This document shows, in pieces, positions 8,648 through 16,776 of a stretch of 32,000 nt of DNA. Source of the stretch: Synechocystis sp. PCC 6803 substr. PCC-P (GTDB taxonomy: Bacteria > Cyanobacteriota > Cyanobacteriia > Cyanobacteriales > Microcystaceae); assembly GCF_000284455.1 (NCBI RefSeq), contig NC_017039.1, positions 930,001-962,000 of the forward strand, read 5' to 3'. The notes under the pieces are model-generated. The model made no database searches, was not told the origin of the DNA, and saw only the letters and a program-made list of their open reading frames with translations. How positions within the stretch are numbered: position 1 is the first letter of the stretch; each line of letters opens with the position of its first letter. Both the position numbers and the translations under genes were made by a program.

Positions 8648-10495
8648 TTAAAATGCTTGGCCAAGCAAAGAATAGCTAAGAAAGGCGCCAATTAAAGTCA
8701 GGCCTAGGACAATGGAAAGAACGTAAAATTGCGTCTGACCAGAAACGTTATATTTCAAACTCTGACCACTAAAAATTGTTACAATCCCAATTAAATTAAT
8801 CACTCCGTCCACAAAGGTTTTATCAAACCAGTTAATTAAGCGAGAAATTGAATCAATGACGGCGACAATAGTGAGTTTGTAGAACTTATCTGTATACAAG
8901 TCATAGGCAAAAAAGTTTTGTACTACAGGCAAAGGTAAGTCAATTGGTTTAGTGATTTTAGGATTGAGGTAAATAAAGGCTGAGCTTCCCACACCCAGTA
9001 AGCTAGACGCAATGAGGACTGAGCTTAAGCCCCAATTAATGTCGGCAAAATCAGGTAATAAATTTCCTTGCTTTAGGATTAGGGACAGATGTAGAGCAAA
9101 ACCTACTGTCACAACCATGGGCAACACCAATGCCCACAATCCCTCTGGCGATCGGACGGTCATCGGCTTAGCTTCACCACCAAAAATCAAACAAAATCCA
9201 CGGGTTACATTGAAAGCAGTGAGCAGGTTCACCACTAGTAATACCCCGACTAGCAAAGGGGATGTAGCTGATAGATTTTCTGCCAGTTTTAGCCAAGCCC
9301 AAAAAGTCCCAAAGGGAGGTAGGGCAATAAGGGATGCAACCCCTACCAGATAACTCAAACCAGAAATTGGACGACGGCTCCAAAGACCACCGTATTGGGT
9401 CAAATCCTGGGTCACATTGTTGAGAATAATGCCCCCCACACACATCACCAGAATTGCCATGGCAAAGGTGTAAGTAAAAATCAGTTGTAGAGCTGTTTCC
9501 CCTTGACCAGTACCCACGGCAATAAACACTAGGCCCATGTAAGCACTAACTACATAGGAAAGGAAGCGCTTAATATCTATTTGGGCGATCGCAATTAAAG
9601 AAGCACCGATCGCCGTTACGGAACCGATAGCAATCATGACAGTCAAAGCCACAGGAGAAAGGGCCAGAATCGGTTGTACCTTTACCAAAACCCACGCTCC
9701 CGTTGCAACCACCAATGTATTCCTTAGAATAGTGGCGGGAATTGGACCTTCCATGGCTTCATCCAACCAGAGATGGAGAGGAAATTGAGCGCATTTAGCC
9801 AAAGGTCCAGCAATTAAGGCCAAACAAAGCAGGGTGGCAGCGGTGGGATTTAAGTCTGCACTAGCAGCCCATTGGGCCAAATCATCATAATTCCAACTTC
9901 CAGCCAAAGGCAGGAGGGCAACTACCCCCATTAACAAAATTAAATCTCCAACCCGTTTAGTTAAAAACGCATCCCTAGCCCCGGTCACCACTAGGGATTG
10001 ATTGAACCAATAGCCAATGAGAAGATAAGTACCTAGGGTTAAAATTTCCAGGACAACGTAGCTGAAAAACAGGGAGTTACACAACACTAAAGTGCATAAT
10101 CCCGCCTCAAACAGAGCCATTAGGGAAAAAAATCTGGCCCAGCCCCAATCCCTTTCTAGATATCCGATGGCATAAATCTGTGCCCCCAAATTTAACCCAG
10201 TAATCAAAACCAGGGCGGCGATGTTAACAGTGGATATTTTTAAATCAAAGTTAATTTCTAAGTCAGCGGCATGTAGCCAGGGGAAGGAAAGATCGATGGC
10301 GGGTTGCTGCCAAATATGTATAAGCACCAACAGACTATGCAAAAATGCAACAAAAGTCATTAATGTGCTTATATAGCCTGCCGGCCTTGGCCCCGTTTGT
10401 CGAGTTAAGCCCGGTGACCAGGGGACCGCTAACAGGGCACCCAAAAGAGCGTAGCAAGGTACTAGCCAGATAATTCGACTTAAACTTTCTAACAT
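8648..10495 (-). CDS. ndhF3: NAD(P)H-quinone oxidoreductase subunit 5 paralogue NdhF3 (NuoL/ND5 family)
   Basis: Polytopic NuoL-type protein (FPLHLWLDEAMEGPIPATILRNT). The track ORF begins at 10543 (631 aa). I prefer the internal ATG at 10495 (MLESLSRIIW..., 615 aa), where the first hydrophobic helix starts. The start codon remains ambiguous. Confidence 0.85.
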   Translation of the reverse strand: MLESLSRIIWLVPCYALLGALLAVPWSPGLTRQTGPRPAGYISTLMTFVAFLHSLLVLIHIWQQPAIDLSFPWLHAADLEINFDLKISTVNIAALVLITGLNLGAQIYAIGYLERDWGWARFFSLMALFEAGLCTLVLCNSLFFSYVVLEILTLGTYLLIGYWFNQSLVVTGARDAFLTKRVGDLILLMGVVALLPLAGSWNYDDLAQWAASADLNPTAATLLCLALIAGPLAKCAQFPLHLWLDEAMEGPIPATILRNTLVVATGAWVLVKVQPILALSPVALTVMIAIGSVTAIGASLIAIAQIDIKRFLSYVVSAYMGLVFIAVGTGQGETALQLIFTYTFAMAILVMCVGGIILNNVTQDLTQYGGLWSRRPISGLSYLVGVASLIALPPFGTFWAWLKLAENLSATSPLLVGVLLVVNLLTAFNVTRGFCLIFGGEAKPMTVRSPEGLWALVLPMVVTVGFALHLSLILKQGNLLPDFADINWGLSSVLIASSLLGVGSSAFIYLNPKITKPIDLPLPVVQNFFAYDLYTDKFYKLTIVAVIDSISRLINWFDKTFVDGVINLIGIVTIFSGQSLKYNVSGQTQFYVLSIVLGLTLIGAFLSYSLLGQAF

Positions 10496-10869
10496 GGGGG
10501 TTGTGGGAAATTTTGTTAACAAGATTCCACTTTCGCCGTCCAAACATCCCGGTCACCGAAGAATTTTCCGGCTTACTCGGTGCTAGGAATCTGGGACTGC
10601 CAGAACCCAGACAGGGAAAGCTAATACATCCAAAGTGACGGCCCAAATGGCTGATCTTATCCAGGCCCCAAAGGGGCATTACCATAGTCAAGCGACAATG
10701 GTATAACCTAGATGCATAGAAAGAGTGTTATTTGTTACACCATATCATAGGGGAAATAAAATTCCAGATCAACAACCATTTGCTTAAGTGAATGATAAGT
10801 CTGGGTAATTGGAGGAAGAGGCAGGCTACGGGGTGGCAGTCCACTCCAAGGGAAAATTTGAGAGTTTGA

Positions 10870-10903
10870 TCCGAATTACATAAATATCCGAATTACGTAA
10901 ATA
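10870..10903. repeat. Tandem 17-bp direct repeat (2 copies, 1 mismatch)
   Basis: TCCGAATTACATAAATA (10870-10886) is followed immediately by TCCGAATTACGTAAATA (10887-10903). The second copy contains the 8-bp palindrome TTACGTAA and spans the stop codon of the 212-aa ORF. Confidence 0.9.
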
Positions 10904-11531
10904 GGGTGTTAATCTGTTGCCATTCCCGCAGCAGTGCTCGACATTGCAAACAGTCCAAAATTCTCAGCAAATCTACCAGTTGTGAGGGAACTTGGAACTC
11001 GGCCCCGATCGCCTTGGGGCTGAGCCGAAAATCTCCATCGATCCTGGCCCAATAGCCATATAGCTTTTGGTTGGAAAAAGAGCTATTGACGGCCCAACCC
11101 CCGTCATTGAGGGGAGTTATTTCGGCAATGGCATGGGGAGGCACTTCCAGTTCCCGATGAAGGATTTCAGCCAAAGTTAGCTCCACCTTAGCTAGATCTG
11201 TTAGCCGCCCTCCAGGGAAATCCCAAGTTGCCCTACCTATACCCGGCCGGAAAATGGGATGGGGTAAAAGCAGGCGATCGCCTTGTTGGGGCAACACTAT
11301 TAAAGAGTCAGCCTTTTCCACCCGCCAATAATCCAATTTCCTTTCCCGATCATCCCGCCACCGTTCCCCCCTGAGGGTCAACCAAGGGTTTTTAACCTCC
11401 GCAAAACACTCCAGTAAAGTCCAAGCCGGAGCATCGGGCTGATTTCCCCTTGCGGACTCTGAGCCAATTTGTAAAACTTGCCCCTCGTTCCAAGGGCGAT
11501 CATAACTTTTATCTATGGAGATCATTGTCAA
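10893..11531 (-). CDS. Hypothetical protein, possibly Nudix-fold with a degenerate Nudix box
   Basis: 212 aa ORF. The segment WDFPGGRLTDLAKVELTLAEILHRELEVPP resembles the Nudix box GX5EX7REUXEEXGU, but the spacing is altered and the EE pair is missing. Confidence 0.45.
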   Translation of the reverse strand: MTMISIDKSYDRPWNEGQVLQIGSESARGNQPDAPAWTLLECFAEVKNPWLTLRGERWRDDRERKLDYWRVEKADSLIVLPQQGDRLLLPHPIFRPGIGRATWDFPGGRLTDLAKVELTLAEILHRELEVPPHAIAEITPLNDGGWAVNSSFSNQKLYGYWARIDGDFRLSPKAIGAEFQVPSQLVDLLRILDCLQCRALLREWQQINTLFT

Positions 11532-11624
11532 AATCCGCTTCTTAACATTTCTTAAAATTAAAGCTGTTATAGCAACAACATTGATTAATTTCTATCTAAT
11601 TTTTGACGGTGCCCATTGCTATCA

Positions 11625-11701
11625 GTTGTAAGTTGATGAAAATGCTGTAAATTTTTGTAACAAAGTTCAACTTTGTCTTGACTTTTGTAAGTCTTTGCAA
11701 A
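11625..11701 (-). promoter_or_regulatory. Array of HLR1-type elements (RpaB-binding direct repeats) upstream of psaA
   Basis: On the minus strand, 11644-11661 reads GTTACAAA-AA-TTTACAGC. This is a good match to (G/T)TTACA(T/A)(T/A)-N2-(G/T)TTACA(T/A)(T/A). 11684-11701 reads TTTGCAAA-GA-CTTACAAA, with two mismatches. 11625-11642 is a weaker third copy. In each pair the TGTAA cores are spaced exactly 10 bp apart. Confidence 0.6.
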
Positions 11702-11759
11702 ATCTAGGAGCTAGAACTGGTCAGGGCTGGGGCAATTTTTAATTATTGTTACGCAGGTC

Positions 11760-11787
11760 TTGCCTAGGGGGGGGGAGGCCGTATTAT
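11760..11787 (+). promoter_or_regulatory. Candidate psaA promoter (-35 TTGCCT, 16-nt spacer containing a G9 run, -10 TATTAT)
   Basis: TTGCCT at 11760-11765 and TATTAT at 11782-11787. The spacer is AGGGGGGGGGAGGCCG. The element lies about 150 nt upstream of the psaA ATG. This is a pattern match only. Confidence 0.35.
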
Positions 11788-11940
11788 CTTCTAGTGATGT
11801 TTGCTGAAAACGCCTATCTGTGCAAGGTTTAACATCGTTATTATGAAGCGAAAACTAATTCCCTTTTTTACGCTTCCTCTATTACACTATTCTGCATAGG
11901 AAACCCTTAATAGTTCATTGTCGAGCGAGGAGAACCCTGC

Positions 11941-14196
11941 ATGACAATTAGTCCACCCGAAAGAGAGGCTAAGGCCAAAGTCTCGGTTGATAACAACCCG
12001 GTACCAACTTCCTTCGAGAAGTGGGGCAAGCCGGGTCACTTCGACCGGACTTTAGCTAGAGGTCCCAAAACCACCACTTGGATTTGGAATCTCCATGCCA
12101 ATGCCCATGATTTTGATAGTCAGACCAGCGATTTAGAAGATGTTTCGCGCAAAATCTTCAGTGCTCACTTTGGGCACCTCGCTGTGGTCTTTGTTTGGTT
12201 AAGTGGAATGTACTTCCACGGCGCGAAATTTTCCAATTACGAAGGTTGGTTAGCCGACCCTACCCACATTAAACCCAGTGCCCAAGTGGTTTGGCCCATT
12301 GTCGGTCAAGGCATCTTGAACGGGGATGTGGGCGGTGGCTTCCACGGTATTCAGATTACGTCTGGCCTGTTTTATCTCTGGCGGGCCTCCGGTTTCACCG
12401 ACAGCTATCAGCTCTACTGCACCGCCATTGGCGGTTTGGTTATGGCTGCCCTGATGCTGTTCGCTGGCTGGTTCCACTACCACGTCAAAGCTCCCAAATT
12501 GGAATGGTTCCAAAATGTGGAGTCGATGATGAACCATCATTTGGCTGGTTTGTTGGGCTTAGGCTCCTTGGGATGGGCGGGTCACCAGATCCACGTCTCC
12601 ATGCCCATTAATAAACTTTTGGATGCTGGGGTTGCTCCTAAGGACATTCCCCTTCCCCACGAGTTTATTTTGGAACCGAGCAAGATGGCGGAACTCTACC
12701 CCAGCTTTGCCCAAGGTTTGACACCGTTCTTTACCCTCAACTGGGGAGTCTACTCAGACTTCCTCACCTTTAAAGGGGGATTGAATCCAGTCACCGGCGG
12801 CCTCTGGTTGTCTGATACCGCTCACCACCATTTGGCGATCGCCGTCCTGTTCATCATTGCCGGTCATATGTACCGCACGAACTGGGGCATCGGCCATAGC
12901 ATGAAAGAGATCCTCGAAGCCCACAAGGGCCCCTTCACTGGGGAAGGTCACAAAGGACTTTATGAAATCCTGACTACTTCTTGGCACGCTCAATTAGCCA
13001 TTAACCTCGCCCTGTTAGGTTCTTTGACGATCATCGTTGCACAACACATGTATGCGATGCCGCCCTATCCCTACCAGGCGATCGATTACGCTACGCAGTT
13101 ATCCCTGTTCACCCACCACATGTGGATTGGCGGCTTCCTCATCGTAGGGGCCGGTGCCCATGGCGCCATCTTCATGGTGCGTGATTATGATCCCGCCAAG
13201 AACGTTAATAACTTGCTGGATCGGATGCTGCGCCACCGTGACGCCATCATTTCCCATCTCAACTGGGTATGTATTTTCCTCGGCTTCCATAGCTTCGGTC
13301 TCTACATCCACAACGACACCATGCGGGCTTTAGGCCGTCCCCAGGACATGTTCTCCGACACGGCCATCCAACTGCAACCGATCTTTGCCCAATGGGTACA
13401 GCACCTGCACACCTTGGCCCCCGGAGCCACCGCTCCCAATGCCTTGGCCACTGCCAGCTATGCCTTTGGCGGAGAAACCATTGCCGTTGCCGGTAAAGTC
13501 GCCATGATGCCCATCACCCTGGGTACTGCCGACTTCATGGTTCACCACATCCACGCTTTTACCATCCACGTAACGGCCCTGATCCTCCTCAAAGGGGTTC
13601 TATATGCCCGTAGCTCTCGCCTTGTCCCTGATAAAGCGAATCTCGGTTTCCGTTTCCCCTGTGATGGCCCCGGCCGCGGCGGCACCTGCCAAGTATCTGG
13701 TTGGGACCACGTTTTCCTCGGTCTGTTCTGGATGTACAACTCCCTTTCCATCGTCATCTTCCACTTCAGTTGGAAAATGCAATCCGATGTTTGGGGTACC
13801 GTTTCTCCCGATGGCAGTGTCACCCATGTGACCCTAGGTAACTTTGCCCAGAGTGCCATCACCATCAATGGCTGGTTGCGGGACTTCCTCTGGGCCCAAG
13901 CCGCCAACGTCATCAACTCCTACGGTTCCGCCCTGTCGGCCTATGGCATCATGTTCCTCGCCGGACACTTTGTCTTTGCCTTCAGCCTCATGTTCCTGTT
14001 CAGTGGACGGGGATATTGGCAAGAGTTGATCGAGTCCATTGTCTGGGCTCACAACAAACTGAATGTGGCTCCGGCCATTCAACCCCGCGCTTTGAGCATC
14101 ATTCAAGGTCGTGCGGTCGGTGTAGCGCACTATCTCCTCGGAGGTATTGTTACCACCTGGGCGTTCTTCCTCGCCCGCAGTCTTTCCATTGGCTAG
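11941..14196 (+). CDS. psaA: Photosystem I P700 chlorophyll a apoprotein A1
   Basis: 751 aa ORF. It has the Fx iron-sulfur cluster motif [15 protein letters not shown], the [24 protein letters not shown] block, and GAGGAG 6-11 nt upstream of the ATG. Confidence 0.99.
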   Translation: MTISPPEREAKAKVSVDNNPVPTSFEKWGKPGHFDRTLARGPKTTTWIWNLHANAHDFDSQTSDLEDVSRKIFSAHFGHLAVVFVWLSGMYFHGAKFSNYEGWLADPTHIKPSAQVVWPIVGQGILNGDVGGGFHGIQITSGLFYLWRASGFTDSYQLYCTAIGGLVMAALMLFAGWFHYHVKAPKLEWFQNVESMMNHHLAGLLGLGSLGWAGHQIHVSMPINKLLDAGVAPKDIPLPHEFILEPSKMAELYPSFAQGLTPFFTLNWGVYSDFLTFKGGLNPVTGGLWLSDTAHHHLAIAVLFIIAGHMYRTNWGIGHSMKEILEAHKGPFTGEGHKGLYEILTTSWHAQLAINLALLGSLTIIVAQHMYAMPPYPYQAIDYATQLSLFTHHMWIGGFLIVGAGAHGAIFMVRDYDPAKNVNNLLDRMLRHRDAIISHLNWVCIFLGFHSFGLYIHNDTMRALGRPQDMFSDTAIQLQPIFAQWVQHLHTLAPGATAPNALATASYAFGGETIAVAGKVAMMPITLGTADFMVHHIHAFTIHVTALILLKGVLYARSSRLVPDKANLGFRFPCDGPGRGGTCQVSGWDHVFLGLFWMYNSLSIVIFHFSWKMQSDVWGTVSPDGSVTHVTLGNFAQSAITINGWLRDFLWAQAANVINSYGSALSAYGIMFLAGHFVFAFSLMFLFSGRGYWQELIESIVWAHNKLNVAPAIQPRALSIIQGRAVGVAHYLLGGIVTTWAFFLARSLSIG

Positions 14197-14441
14197 ACTT
14201 TGAGCTGAAGTTGGGTTTTCCGGGATAAACCAGGGGGACTGGCTGAGGTTTTTACTATCCTTAATCCTCCCCCTGCCCTCCACCCTCCCCAGCATTTAAT
14301 AGAAGCGGTTTTAATTTCGCTTTTACCCTATATTCACCCCTATAACCCCTTGTTATAGTGGCTTTAACAATCCGGAAATGAGCAGCGCTTCTGCATTAGC
14401 CTCATTTTGCTTGCTTAACGAGGAGAATTTCCGAAAAAGCT

Positions 14442-16637
14442 ATGGCAACTAAATTTCCTAAATTTAGCCAGGATCTCGCCCAAGACCCGACTACACGGCG
14501 TATTTGGTACGGGATTGCTACGGCCCACGACTTTGAAACCCACGATGGGATGACTGAGGAGAATCTTTACCAAAAGATTTTTGCCTCCCACTTTGGACAC
14601 ATCGCCATCATTTTCCTGTGGACGTCTGGCACCCTTTTCCACGTTGCGTGGCAAGGTAATTTTGAACAATGGATTAAAGATCCTTTAAACATTCGCCCGA
14701 TCGCCCATGCGATTTGGGACCCCCACTTTGGCGAGGGAGCTGTCAATGCTTTCACCCAAGCTGGGGCTTCTAACCCGGTTAACATTGCTTATTCCGGGGT
14801 TTACCACTGGTTCTACACCATTGGTATGACCACCAACCAAGAGCTCTATTCTGGTGCGGTCTTCCTATTAGTGTTAGCTTCCCTGTTTTTATTTGCAGGC
14901 TGGTTACACCTCCAACCGAAGTTCCGTCCTAGCTTAGCCTGGTTCAAAAATGCCGAATCCCGCTTAAATCACCACCTGGCTGGTTTGTTCGGGGTTAGCT
15001 CCTTGGCTTGGGCTGGTCACTTGGTCCACGTTGCGATTCCCGAAGCCCGGGGTCAACACGTTGGTTGGGATAACTTCCTGTCTACTCCTCCCCACCCCGC
15101 TGGTTTGATGCCTTTCTTCACCGGCAACTGGGGCGTGTATGCGGCGGATCCCGACACTGCTGGCCACATTTTTGGTACTTCTGAAGGTGCTGGTACCGCA
15201 ATCCTGACCTTCCTGGGTGGTTTCCATCCCCAAACGGAATCTCTCTGGTTGACGGACATTGCCCACCACCATTTGGCGATCGCCGTGATCTTCATCATTG
15301 CTGGTCACATGTATCGCACCAACTGGGGCATTGGCCACAGCATCAAAGAAATTCTTAATGCCCATAAAGGTCCCCTAACCGGCGCAGGCCATACCAACCT
15401 GTACGACACCATCAATAACTCCCTCCACTTCCAACTCGGCTTAGCCTTGGCAAGCTTAGGGGTTATTACTTCCCTGGTGGCGCAGCACATGTACTCCCTG
15501 CCCTCCTACGCCTTTATTGCCCAGGACCACACCACCCAGGCAGCCCTCTACACCCATCACCAGTACATTGCTGGATTCTTGATGGTTGGTGCTTTTGCCC
15601 ACGGTGCCATCTTCTTTGTCCGGGATTACGATCCCGTGGCCAATAAAGATAACGTGCTGGCCCGCATGCTTGAACACAAAGAGGCTCTGATTTCCCACTT
15701 AAGCTGGGTGTCCCTCTTCTTGGGCTTCCACACCCTTGGTCTTTATGTCCATAACGATGTGGTGGTGGCCTTCGGTACTCCCGAAAAACAAATTCTGATC
15801 GAGCCCGTTTTTGCCCAATGGATTCAAGCAACTTCCGGTAAAGCTCTCTATGGCTTTGATGTTTTGCTCTCCAATCCTGACAGCATTGCTTCCACCACTG
15901 GAGCCGCTTGGTTACCCGGCTGGTTGGATGCTATCAACAGCGGCACCAACTCTCTGTTCTTGACCATTGGCCCTGGCGACTTCTTGGTTCACCACGCGAT
16001 CGCCCTAGGGTTGCACACCACTGCCCTGATTCTAATCAAAGGTGCTTTGGATGCCCGTGGTTCTAAGTTGATGCCGGACAAAAAGGACTTCGGTTACTCC
16101 TTCCCCTGTGATGGCCCCGGCCGTGGCGGTACCTGCGACATCTCTGCTTGGGATGCCTTCTACCTAGCCATGTTCTGGATGCTGAACACCTTGGGTTGGT
16201 TGACCTTCTACTGGCACTGGAAACACCTCGGTGTTTGGAGCGGTAACGTTGCTCAGTTCAACGAAAACTCCACCTACCTGATGGGTTGGTTCCGGGATTA
16301 CCTCTGGGCGAACTCTGCTCAGTTAATCAATGGTTACAACCCCTACGGTGTCAACAATCTGTCAGTTTGGGCTTGGATGTTCCTTTTCGGACACCTGGTC
16401 TGGGCTACTGGCTTCATGTTCTTGATCTCTTGGCGGGGTTACTGGCAAGAGTTGATTGAAACCATCGTTTGGGCCCACGAGCGCACTCCTTTGGCGAACT
16501 TGGTTCGTTGGAAAGATAAGCCCGTTGCGTTGTCCATTGTTCAAGCCCGTTTGGTTGGTTTAGCCCACTTCACCGTTGGTTATGTGCTCACCTATGCGGC
16601 ATTCCTAATTGCTTCCACAGCCGGTAAGTTCGGTTAA
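14442..16637 (+). CDS. psaB: Photosystem I P700 chlorophyll a apoprotein A2
   Basis: 731 aa ORF. It has the Fx motif [15 protein letters not shown] and the N-terminus [32 protein letters not shown]. It lies 245 nt downstream of psaA. Confidence 0.99.
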   Translation: MATKFPKFSQDLAQDPTTRRIWYGIATAHDFETHDGMTEENLYQKIFASHFGHIAIIFLWTSGTLFHVAWQGNFEQWIKDPLNIRPIAHAIWDPHFGEGAVNAFTQAGASNPVNIAYSGVYHWFYTIGMTTNQELYSGAVFLLVLASLFLFAGWLHLQPKFRPSLAWFKNAESRLNHHLAGLFGVSSLAWAGHLVHVAIPEARGQHVGWDNFLSTPPHPAGLMPFFTGNWGVYAADPDTAGHIFGTSEGAGTAILTFLGGFHPQTESLWLTDIAHHHLAIAVIFIIAGHMYRTNWGIGHSIKEILNAHKGPLTGAGHTNLYDTINNSLHFQLGLALASLGVITSLVAQHMYSLPSYAFIAQDHTTQAALYTHHQYIAGFLMVGAFAHGAIFFVRDYDPVANKDNVLARMLEHKEALISHLSWVSLFLGFHTLGLYVHNDVVVAFGTPEKQILIEPVFAQWIQATSGKALYGFDVLLSNPDSIASTTGAAWLPGWLDAINSGTNSLFLTIGPGDFLVHHAIALGLHTTALILIKGALDARGSKLMPDKKDFGYSFPCDGPGRGGTCDISAWDAFYLAMFWMLNTLGWLTFYWHWKHLGVWSGNVAQFNENSTYLMGWFRDYLWANSAQLINGYNPYGVNNLSVWAWMFLFGHLVWATGFMFLISWRGYWQELIETIVWAHERTPLANLVRWKDKPVALSIVQARLVGLAHFTVGYVLTYAAFLIASTAGKFG

Positions 16638-16667
16638 CGAATTCCTCTGTTAGGTAATTAAGCTTGT

Positions 16668-16698
16668 CCCCTGCCCTCGTTGGTGGGGGATTTGCTTT
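16668..16698 (+). terminator. Likely intrinsic terminator of psaAB
   Basis: Stem CCCCTGCC (16668-16675) pairs with GGTGGGGG (16682-16689): 8 bp including two G-U pairs, with a 6-nt loop. A moderately T-rich tail ATTTGCTTT follows. It lies 31 nt after the psaB stop. Confidence 0.5.
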
Positions 16699-16776
16699 AA
16701 TTGGCTGATCGCCACAAAAAATGGATTGGAATCGGCCTCATTTAATCTTAAGTTTTTTGTTATTTTTACCCCATTG

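Noticed and set aside
5090-10543. Treating the ndhF3-ndhD3-cupA-cupS cluster as a novel system.
   Set aside because: This is the well-characterised inducible high-affinity CO2-uptake NDH-1MS operon. Only its flanks (the zinc-ribbon gene, the upstream repeats and the candidate operators) are reported as open questions.
10335-10691. A 118-aa ORF overlapping the ndhF3 5' end and leader, plus other shadow ORFs in ndhF3, ndhD3 and cupA (9012-9353, 9174-9443, 7294-7632, 5921-6142).
   Set aside because: They are out of frame or antisense within well-supported genes and have no independent signals.
10870-10903. Whether the 17-bp tandem repeat is a CRISPR or minisatellite seed.
   Set aside because: There are only two directly abutting copies with no spacers, and no cas genes lie in the window. 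It is kept only as a simple tandem duplication.
12250-14295. Numerous 60-150 aa ORFs antisense to, or out of frame with, psaA (for example 12250-12540, 13542-13916 and 13834-14295). A similar set lies inside psaB (14964-15365, 15456-15831).
   Set aside because: They lie entirely within two unambiguous, highly conserved photosystem I genes. Their products are low-complexity and rich in Gly, Pro and Arg, as expected from alternative reading of GC-biased coding sequence. None has an SD.
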